This document shows, in pieces, positions 45,038 to 56,100 of a DNA stretch of 64,000 nt (within the stretch, counting starts at the first letter, position 1; each line of letters starts with the position of its first letter). The notes under the pieces are model-generated. The model did no database searches. It was given only the letters and a program-made list of their open reading frames with translations, and was not told the DNA's origin. Position numbers and translations under genes: made by a program. Source of the stretch: Macrostomum lignano (taxonomy: Eukaryota). Where the stretch lies: the NCBI GenBank assembly GCA_002269645.1, contig NIVC01001441.1:124001-188000 (forward strand). The letters run 5' to 3'.

Positions 45038-45874
45038 GATCTGCTAATGCTGATCTGAAGGATCCAGCAGCGATTAGGATCGAATCCAGGATTGATTTTT
45101 TCAATAAAAGTGCAGCAAGCCATGCAGATGATAGAAATATCATCCAAGCCTTACTAGCGTACTGTATATTTGCCTAGCTATAATTTTTATTGGAAGATAT
45201 TGTTTCACTTTTATACAAACTGAGATCCTATTCCATTATCACCTTTCACTCGCAAATAAAAGTCGCCATAAAAATGCAATCTCGCAAAAAAATTTTTCGT
45301 TTTGTAACAGACAATTGGCTTTTAAACAATAGGATTTCTGAATTGTAGACTGGCAAGCTTGAGGCCAGGTGCCTTTTTATTTCCATTGTTTCGTTTTGCA
45401 TTCAGATGGAACGGCTGGCGATTCCGTGCCAGGCCAAATTAATTTGGGGCATCGGTTCTCGCCCATGACGGCCAACCCCCAAGGTACAGAGAGTGTACAG
45501 TACATGCCTGAATATGACCAAGCCAGGGCCGCTGTTCACCCTGTGTGATCGCGTTCCTGCAGTGGTCAGCTCAAAAGTTCAAAATTTTGTCCATGTTCAA
45601 AATCTTAAAAGTGGAAAATAATAAATCATTCTCTATGTTGAATACTAAAAATTGTTCGTAATAAAATGTTTATGAAATATATTACAACAATATCGAAATC
45701 GGTGAAATCAAATACCAATTATGCTTAATCATTACAAATTCGCAATTCTGATTAAAAAATAGATGATTTTGCAGCTCTCTCGACAAAAAAATATCAGCTG
45801 ATCTGCTGACGAATGCTCCTGCGGGCCACAATCGGCAATCTTGGTCTTCGGGACGGAGCTTAGACCGTTGAAGT

Positions 45875-46110
45875 AGCACCGGTTAACCTGGGACAGGATC
45901 AGCACCGGTAAACCTGGGACAGGATCAGCACCAAAGTAAACTCTGGGTCAGGATCAGCACCGGTTAACCTAGTATAGGATCATCACTGGTTAACCCGGGA
46001 CAGGATCAGCACTGGTTAACCCGGGATAGAATCAGCACCAGTTAACCTGGGGCAGGATCAGCACCAGTTAACCCGGGACCGGGAGAGAGGATCAGAACCG
46101 GGTAACCCGA
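45875..46110. repeat. Imperfect 26-bp minisatellite (agcaccggttaacctgggacaggatc)
   Basis: About 8-9 degenerate copies. Confidence 0.88.
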
Positions 46111-46134
46111 GGCAGGGTCTGTACCAGTGCTTGA

Positions 46135-47100
46135 CTATCGCCACCACCAGGTGAAAGCGTCAAGTTCCTCATCCCCGCTCTCAGTCAGTTCAAATCCCGG
46201 CGGAACCAGCAGTTCCACGGTCCTACTTTCGCTTCGATACTTGAACGTCGACGAGCTGCGATCGTCGGCTAATCGGCGCAGCACAGAGAGCACGTCGACG
46301 GTGACGAGAACCGCGGTGGCATCTTCGTGGCAGATGCCGCAGTCGCAGCAGTCGGTGTCGTGCTTCCACGGCTTGGCTATGGCGCTGAGGTTGGCGGCGG
46401 CGCACCGGTCGGCAACCAGCCGAGCCAGCGAGTCGGCCTCAAGCAGCGACTTGGACAGCGACTCCAAGGTCGATGTCGACGACGATTTGTAGGCGAAAAT
46501 GGCGTAGCTTTCAAACTGCAAGTCGTTTTGTGGAAAATCAAAGATGAAAGGAGAGGGAAATTCGGAGATTGCAGAAAACTTGTCTGGAGCTTACGAGCTA
46601 TCGTGCGATTAAGGCCAGTGTTGGTGTGTCAAGGACTACTGACTCAAGGACTATTCAAGCAGCAGGACGGAAACGGGGTTTCTTGGAAAATTTTAGGTGG
46701 CAGGTTTCAGAGAATATCGCGGCTGCAATTTTGAATCTGAAAAGCTGAGAACACGGTCGACTTGAAAAATACCTTGAACACAAACCTGTTGCAGGGCAGC
46801 TGTCGAGGTTTCTCCAGCCGCAGTCTCTGGAGGAGACGCCCGGCAGTTCAACAGGCGCAGCCGGACGAAATCGTGGCAAAGCGGCGGAGCTGCGGCCGAG
46901 TCGGCAGCCAGCGATCCGACATCCAGCCGGAAGCCGCGGTCCCGCAGCCCGGTGGAATCGAGCAGAACACTGTCCAGCAACCGAGTCTGCTCAGTGGTTG
47001 ACACAAAATGAGACCCGAGCCGCTGCCACTGCGGCCAGGACAGGGAAACCAGACGGTGCTGCTGCGGCTGGGAGTAATCTTCTTCCCGCTTCTCCTCCAT
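46135..47100 (-). CDS. Two-exon hypothetical protein (about 231 aa) with a Cys/His cluster
   Basis: Exon 1 47100-46786 (cag|gtttgt), exon 2 46515-46135 (pyrimidine tract...ttgcag|FESYAIF); phase 0; motif KHDTDCCDCGICHED; a further 3' exon cannot be excluded. Confidence 0.6.
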
Positions 47101-48181
47101 GAGTTTTCATTCTTTCAGTTGCAACTGTGCTAGTGGACTGAAGTAGCCAAAGCTACTTCGAGAACGTAAAATTAGATTTGAGTGCTTTTGTGCAGGCAAA
47201 CTGAGATAATAAACAAGCACAAGAGCTCACACCACAGCTGTACATTACGCGCTGCCTTTTGCAAAATCTCTGTCTATTTTAGAGTCCCAATGAATCTCGT
47301 TCTCACGCGGCTCTTTGGCTGTACAAGAAGACATTTTTTCAACATTTCCTGTCATAAGCGATGCTCAGACCAGCTTTATAGCGTATAAGCTTCAAGGCAA
47401 AAAGCCTGCATGGACTGGACACTCTGCAGAGGCAGAGATTAGTAGAAAAGCATGCATAAGAGCGTACGCTGGTTCACGTAGATTCGATCCTGATCTACAC
47501 TCTACAGCTATTTACTTAAGTATTTAAATGACACCGAGCATTGCCAGCTGCATGTACTGCCGCATGGTTATTGCAGTGTTCATGCTATTGCTGTACAAAG
47601 TAATCTTTATCTGGAAAAGCATTTTGGAACAGCTGAATGTCAAAGATATACTGAGGAAATGACGACAATTACGTTGCAATTACAGAATGGAGGCTAGATT
47701 GCCGATTGCTAACCATGTAGAGTCAGTTTGCTTGGCTATCGGTTTACAGAATCTGTCCCAGAACTGCGACCGTATTTAGTGTAGTTCTAGAATTCAGATT
47801 CTTGACCCAATCCTGCTGGGATTTTCTCAGGAATGAAAAAAATGTCTATGAACAATGATAAATAATCAGCGGTCTCAGTGCGTGACAACGATTGTCTGAC
47901 GAGCGCGGGTAGGCCTTAGGCCCTGCGCCCCCGACAGGGGCACTGCTTCACAAGGCGTTGCTGAATTACAGTAAATATTCATAAATAGATAATAATATCG
48001 GTATACCCGATACATCTACATCCCGGACAGGTGATTCTAACGGTAAGAGATCAACTAGACAAATTTATTGGTTGAGAAACAGTCCGCGCTAGAAAAGAAA
48101 AAATTCTCAAGAGCACTTTAAATGCACTAGCGATATGATAAATATAGTTACATATACACTACCTTTTATTGTCGAGTTACT

Positions 48182-48439
48182 TTCATAAGCTCGAAATTTC
48201 ATAAGCTCAAAAATTCACAACCTCGAAAAAAATTTAGCAGCCGACTTCACAAGCTGTAAAAATGGTTTTCGAGGTTGTGAAATTTCGAGCTTGTGAAGTC
48301 GCATGCTAAAATTTTCGAGGATATGAAATTTCGAGCTTATGAAGTCGGCTGCTAAAATTTTCGAGGTTGTGAAATTTCGAGCTTATGAAGTTTCGGGTTT
48401 GTGAAAGGAAGTGCTTTTCGAGGTTGTGAAGCGACCCCT
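48182..48439. mobile_element. Foldback/MITE-like element built from ttcacaacctcgaa / ttcataagctcgaa subunits
   Basis: Left arm 48182-48255 is the reverse complement of repeated right-arm blocks in 48268-48431. Confidence 0.7.
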
Positions 48440-49122
48440 TACTCTCCTACAGTTCATTTCCTAGAAAATTAAGTACAAAGTTTGGCTGACTACAGTATTG
48501 TCTAACATGGGTCAAATCACAATAGAAAAAGCAGAGTAGTTGAGTATTTTTTGAGATATCCTTCGTTTAAAATCTTGACTCCAAAATATGAGTATGTACG
48601 TCATTTTAAGTTTGTTTAACTGGTGACATGATTTTTAATTGTTTTCTTTTTCGTATTTTAAATTGCTGTCGATCGATCATGCTGAGCATCCATGATACCT
48701 TGTCCTAATCCTAAGTTCTAACTTACTTGCAGTTTCACCTTCATTATAATTCTCTTGTCTTTCCCCTTAATTCCTGTAGTTAGAAGTTTTGTATCGATTT
48801 CTTTTTTGTACTCTAATTTAGACCATTCTGTGTGAAGTTTGATTTTGCATTTTAAATGCTAAGAAGTTTTCAAATTTCAAATTTTAGTTTTCTAAATTAA
48901 CTTCTGGTCTACTAAATCTGCCTACTAACAATCATAATAGTAGGCACAAGTTAATAATTATTACCCTGTTTTCTGTTAAGATTTATTTATTCAGTTCGTC
49001 ATTAAGTAGAGACAGTTTGTCATCGACATAGGCTATAGAGAGACTTTGAGACTTAGTAGGTCTGTTAAGTGTTAACTTTATTTCTGTCATTGATTGGCTT
49101 CATACTTATTAGCCTTATTAGA

Positions 49123-52100
49123 ATGACTGAATTTCAGTTAAATATAGATAATATTATCACTCGTCTATTAGAAGGTAAGATCTACTATTGATAACTTTAA
49201 TATTTATTGCCCCTGGCCTAAGGCCTAACCTAAAGGCAAAAATGGGTTTATTATATAATATATTTTTACTACCTTTTTAATCATAAAAAAGTTTAAAACT
49301 TTTTAAATTTTTGTATAATATTATGATTGTTTTACTTTTTAATTTCATATTAGACTATGTTACATGAAAGTAACATTATTGAACTTATTGAAGAAAAAGT
49401 ATAAATATTATATATTTAATTAGCAAAGAATTAGATATTTAATCTATTGCATAGCTAGATACAGACAACTCATTTTTAGTACATAGGATTTATATAATAT
49501 TAAATATTATAATTTATACATTATATTTTATAGCCTATTTTGATGGGTAGATCAAGAATTCTAAAATGGCATATGACCAAGATCCCTAATGGAGCAAATT
49601 TAAAAAAGTTGTAGACATTCTTGCTAGGCGTGCAAGCGCGCCAAGATGGAATTCTTACACAAAATTTGTTCCATGCTTATGCACATTTGTCAAATTCGTG
49701 CACGCTTGCGTGCTGAAAAGGAGCCTATTTGTGCACTCTTAAAAAAAAAGGTGTGTGCGCACTCCATCATATGCACTTGCAAAGAAGCTGCTTGTTGCAG
49801 AATCACAGACAAGATTTGACTTTTACATGCATTTAACATGGTTATATGCCATGTAGTGTATGCACGCTCAAGTTCTCCTACTTTTCATAGTCTGGAAAGT
49901 TGTTTTTATGCCAAAAATTTTTAAACAAAAATAAAACAACAAATAATAGTTTTTAGCAAATAAAGTTACTTTAAAGTTTAGTGAAACTTATAATTTTTAA
50001 AGAATATTTTAGTGTTCAAGCTAATTTACACTTAAAGTACAACTTTCTAATTTACATCGGCGTAAGAATTGAAAAACTAGAAATTTCATTTTTAGTGCAT
50101 GGGCCCGCCATGATCTGCATTATGACTTTTTTATAGTTGGCATGCGTGCTTGCGCACTGCTCCAAAAATGTGCGCAAGCGTTTTCCTACCCCTAAGCAAG
50201 AATTCCATCCTGGTAGGCGCACAATTGGTTTTAAAAGAGTGCAAATATGCAATCACTCCAATCAGGTGGCAAATCGTACATATAAATGTATTATAAAACG
50301 TAAATTTATAAAGCACACAAGATGCCTATATTGTGGATTGTGTTATATGTATGCCAGAAAGTATCTGACTTTCTAATAAAGTGTATGCCAATAAAGTATG
50401 CCAATTAAGCATTTTAGTAAATTGATGCCAATAAAAATGTGTGATTAACAATCACAAAAACAATGCAACAATCAAGCTTAGGTGTAGCAAATAATTTACC
50501 ATAAGAAAAAATAAAATTGAAAACCTATATAGCTTGAAAAAAAGAATTAGTGAAATTAAATTGTTAAACTTATTATTGATTAAGTTATATTTCTTACTAA
50601 AAACTAAAGAAAGTTTTATTATATGTTTAAAAATCTATTTTTTGTCATGATTTTGCAAATTAACTCTTTATAGCAAATATTATTTAGTATTATTTATACA
50701 ATCATGTTATATACTTTAATGCTTTTGTATGTTGCACCGAAAGCTTGAACAAGTATAGTTAAGAATTGTAAGCCAATGATTGTTTTTGAATATTATATTT
50801 CTTACTTTTATGCCAGATGTATGCCAGCTAAAGCATTTATATGCTGGGATTTTCTGGCAGATACTACACCTTCCACAATATGGCAAAGATGCTAGTTAGT
50901 GATGGATCAAAATTATTTTTTGTATTAAAATTAAAATTGAAATTTTTGTTTTTCTAGAACCAAAATCGAAAATGAAATTGGATTAGAATTTTTTTAAGTT
51001 AAACAAACTTGAATTTTTGCTAATTATGCAAAAAAGTAACAACTTGCATCTGTATTGCATGCACAAACTTACATGTTTTTCTAATATCTTTGGTGTTTAA
51101 ACCTAAATACTTGAAATTACTTGCTTAAAAAACTTACAAAATAGAAAAAGCTGGTGTATGCTCATATTATCTCTACATATAAAAATCAAAACTCTGTGTG
51201 TGTCTGTCTGTGTGTGGACAATTTTGATCGCTATGGACTCCCAAACCACTCAACCAAATTACACCAAATTTTACACCCACCCTAAACTCACTACGGAGAA
51301 TGTCTTAGGCTACCTTTTAATTTCCTAGACTCGTCTTCCTACCTAAAAGTACAAAAACTGCTCAAAATGCGCGATTTTTTCACTAAATCCTCCATAGCGC
51401 CGCTCCACTTCTACCGATTCTCTTCAAATTTGACACAGGCAATTTTCAACTATTGACACAATCGTGTAAAATTTCAAATCTCAAAGTTAATCCTGAAAGC
51501 CGCTGTGCACTTTTAAAGTTAGGCTGTTTTTTTCAGCGTAGCAACCACCCCAACCTCCGCCCGCCTGCCTCTCTTTCCCAATCTGGGCTCAGATGTGTAA
51601 AAGGGTTTCAAAATTGACTAACTTTCAGCTGCCATAAGTTTGCTCCACGTAAAGCGATTGACTTCAAACTTGACACAATTCTTCATTGACCCATTCTCTA
51701 TCTAAATGTAAAGTTTCAACTCTGTAACTCAATTGAAAAAGAAACTGTAAGCATGTAAAGTTTATCTGCTTTTTCTGTTGTTTGTACCACTCACTCACTC
51801 ATTCCCCCAGAGCCAGACGAAGGGTCAGGCGATAGGACTGAATGTACATAGCAAATGTACAGTGTTTTGGAATTCCACCCCGAGAGTGGAGAGGCTACGT
51901 TTAGCCATAACAGTTTAGTGAGAAATTCTAACCACTGCCCTCCCCTCTGTATTGGCAAACTCTGCAGCAGTTTAACAGTGGATGGCAATTGGCAAATCGA
52001 GGGAATCCACTATCCAGCATGGTTTGTAAAAGCGAAAGATTTATGAAAAGGCGATGTCATGCAATGCAATACAACCCTACTAAATTAGGCACACCATGGA

Positions 52101-53075
52101 AATTTTAGGTTTCTTTTAAAGGTACTGTGTAAATATTAAATGGCCTTCTAAGAAATGCGTATTTCCTTGATTGTTAGACTGATGCAGACTGCAGTGGAGC
52201 TGAAGATACACAAATTCCTTTCAGGGCTGCAAATTGGCAAGAAAGATGACGTGATCAAAGCATGAGAACAACCATGAGAGTACTACGTCCCACAAACTGG
52301 CTTTCCAAGCAGGGATGGGCAGACTTTTACCTCAAAGGCCAGATAAAGAATCCAGCTCATAGCTGAGGGCAGATGAAAGTGGAAAGAAGAAGGAATAGAT
52401 GATTCGAAGAGAGGAAAGGCGACAGAGGGGATAAAAGAAAAGATAAAAGATAATAGGAGAGATGAGGGGGTGAGGACGATGAGAGAGAGAGGGGGAGAAG
52501 AGGGGAGAGAGGAAAAGCGAGAGGAGAGAGTAGAGATGAGAGAGCAGAGAGCTGCAGATGAGAGGAGAGAGGAGACAGCAGAGAGGAGAGCAGAGAGGAA
52601 ACAGGTGAAAGAAGAGATGAGAGAGTAAAGGGAAGAGAGAAAAGATAAAGATACATCTCTACATCTCTAAGGTTGTAGAGATGAGAGAGGTGGAAGGAGA
52701 GATGAGAAATGAGAGATGAGAGATAACGGAGAGAGGAGAGTGGAGTGAGAGAAGAGAGGGAGACAGAGTATAGAAAAGGGAAGAGAAGAGAAAATAAGAA
52801 AGGAGAAAGGAAAGTGAGGAGTCAAAAGAGGGGAAAGAAAATAGTACAGAGGAGAGAGGTGAGAGAACATATAAGACAGAGATGCCAGATTAAAGAGTGG
52901 GATGAGAGAGCAGAGACGAGAGTGAACAGATAAAAGATGGGAGAGTAGAGAGAACAAAGGAGAGGTTACAGAGACGAGAGGAGAGAGGAGAGACAAAGGT
53001 AGAGAAGTGAGTGAGGAGAGAGGAGAGGAAAGAGGAGAATGGAGAGGGGAGAGAGTAGAGGGAGGAGGAGAGATA

Positions 53076-53162
<87 letters not shown>

Positions 53163-56100
53163 TGGAGAGAGAAAAGAAGAGACAAGAGATGAGATAAGAG
53201 AGATGAAAGAGAAGAGAGATGAGGGAAGATACGAGAGAAGAGGGGAGAGAAGAGAGAGGAGAGACGAGGGATGAGAGAGATGAGAGGAAACAAAGAGACG
53301 ATAGAAATTTTAAAGGATCCAAGGGACGTAGGGAGAGTCAGGGAGAGACCAGAGTTTAGCAATATATGTTTTAGAGTCAGACAGACATTCTGCGCAGTAC
53401 CCTAGCCAACAATGTCTCAAACCCTAATTTTACACAAATGTGCTCCATTTTATGTCTACCTCTATCCTACTAACTATTAACAAGTTTTTGTTTGTGTATG
53501 GCCTTAGATTTCAGAATACATGCGAAAGTAGTTCCGGGTATTGGAATTTCCCGGGTTCAAAATCCGCGGGTTTCAACAGCTTGTACATTATACTTAATAG
53601 AAAGTGTATTATTATTCAACACTGTTTGAACTAGAGATCTACATATAGATATATCAATTTCATTAAGGCTTTAAAAGTCTTTAACCAATTAAATTCTACA
53701 GCCAATGAATTCAGCCAGTGGGCTTCCATGGAGGTTGAGGTGAGTGCAGCACAAGACCTGGAGCAATGTATGTGCCCCGCGCAATCTTTTCTTGCAGAAA
53801 AGGCGATTCTTGCCTCCCCACTGAGTCTTTGAACCACGCTTCCTTTCACTTCCTACAGATTTTCTTACTTGTATAACATGGTCATGAATGCATAATTGTT
53901 AAAACATAACCAACATTTCAAAATAATTTTTGATGAATAGTTTCAAAATTCAAAATTGAAATTGAAATTATTTTGATGCAAAATTAGGTTCAAAATTTGG
54001 AAAATCGAAATCAAATTTCAATCCATCACTAATGCTTGTGCAGGGGCACAAGGGTGCACTGTTTGTTATATATCTATATACTTATACTGATGTTACGTGC
54101 ATAAGGTGCATAACATCATTAAGTTGCTACACAGGCAATTTTTCACAAGTGCTCCAGATGCTATCCACAAAAACCCCTATTTGCTCCAATGGGGACCAAG
54201 ATGGCCACACACCAAGATGGCCATAGCTCTAAATGTCTAAATAGATAATGATAAGCCTAGGTCTATATATTTTACTTATTTCCTATTGGTATTAGTTTGT
54301 ATTAGGCGTAGATCTTCAAGTCTTAAGGAGGTAGATACTATTGTAGAACTATATTACATTATAATCATTCCCTTAGGCATTTTTTTATTGTAGCCTGACC
54401 TATAGATATTTATCTGCTAAATAAAGCAAGTAGCCTAGTACAAAAGAAAATTTTATTGCATATTTATTCTATTTTTTTGCATAGCATTACCATTAACAAT
54501 GGTTTTTTGTTAAACTGATTTGATAAATATAATAATAGGGAATAAATTGGCATAAACACCAAAAATTATTAAAGTTTTTGTATTATTGGTAATTAGTTTC
54601 AAATCTATTTTTGTAGCAGTATTTATAAATATGATTGATTAAACCCATTATATAATAATCAATATAACAATAGCTATTAAGTTGCTAATTAATGGTAGAG
54701 AGAAAGTAGATATAATAGAGATTCAATGTTGTGGCCATCTTGGTCTTATGCCTCTAGAATCCATAATGCAAAAAGACAAAGATTCATTAGAATTGCCTAA
54801 TGTATATATTATATACAAAAATTAAAGGTTGTTTGTTATATATTATCATGAATTAAATTTTATCCAAGTCCCATCAAGTAGTGTTATACATCTATGATTG
54901 ATACTAATAATAATTTTGTGACATTAATAATATTTACTTGTCAATTATCATATAAATAAAGTTCTAATGAAAGTCATTTAAGTTTATTGACATAATTTGC
55001 TATAATAAAGTTTTATTGAAAAGAAACAATTTTAATCAAATGTGATTTGTTAAATGATAAAAAAATATCATAATAAACATCCAAAAATATTTTTCATTGT
55101 TTGTTATAGAATAGCTTGAATCATAATGTTGTTTTATTCTTCTTTGCTTAAGTAAAATTTTAATGAACCAAATGCACTTTCTAAAGGTAGGAGAATTGAT
55201 ACTTTTTAATAAAAGAATGCTAATCTATTATAGATTATTACTTTATATTTTTCTGCTATAAAGATAATATTAATATCTAGATCTAATATGATATAGTAGG
55301 GTCTATTTATATTAATAAAAGTAAAAAAGCTTTGCCAAAATGGGATGCACACTTAAAGAATGCTATTTGAAGTATTTTTTGGCAATTTTTGCTTAGTGAG
55401 TTTTACTAATTTTACTAATATTACTTAATATATATTGTTATACTAATATTATGTCTAAATTTTTATAAGTATTAAATTTTTAATTAATTTTTATTTTTTG
55501 GTTTTCCATTGGGTATTCTAAGATTCTTAAGACATTGATTGGGCTACCATCTTCCCAGATCCTCATACCTGAAGCCACCATCTCCCAATCCTCAACCACT
55601 GGGCCACAATCTTCCTAGATCCTCAGACTCTGAGCCACATCTCCCCAGATCCTCAGGCACTGCCACTGCCAGCCCCATACAGCCATAATAACAATCATAT
55701 TTCCTGCCAGGGCTACAGAAGGCCTCCCTCGCCCTCTATCCATCACAGTGCGCGGCTTCCGCCCTGGCAAGGCAGTTCAGATGACTGAGGAGGAGATCCG
55801 CGCTCTCTGCCTGCGCAGTCGGGAGATTTTCCTGCAGCAGCCGATCCTGCTGGAGCTGGAAGCCCCGCTGAAGGTATGCGGCGACATCCACGGCCAGTAC
55901 ACGGACCTGCTGCGCCTGTTTGAGTATGGCGGCTTCCCGCCGGAGAGCAACTACCTGTTCCTCGGAGACTACGTGGATCGCGGCCACCAATCGCTGGAGA
56001 CCATCTGCCTGCTGCTGGCCTACAAAGTGAAATTTCCCGAGAATTTCTTCCTACTCCGCGGCAATCACGAGTGCGCCAGCATCAACCGGATCTACGGCTT

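Larger units (their letters stand above)
51170..53583 (+). mobile_element. Non-autonomous Helitron-like element nested in the hAT element
   Basis: A|TCTCTACATATAAAAA 5' end followed by a tgtgtctgtctg microsatellite and aaccaaattacaccaaattt modules; 3' GC-rich imperfect stem then cagCTTG|T; inserted at an AT dinucleotide. Confidence 0.5.
50897..54031. mobile_element. Non-autonomous hAT element (about 720 bp without its insert), split by a nested insertion
   Basis: TIR TAGTGATGGAT / ATCCATCACTA; 8-bp TSD atgctagt (50889-50896) / atgcttgt (54032-54039), 7/8; aaaatcgaaa subterminal motifs at both ends. Confidence 0.75.

Noticed and set aside
52357-53362. Leu/Ser-rich and Glu/Arg-rich ORFs
   Set aside because: Translations of GA/CT low-complexity DNA (also true of 30722-31309)
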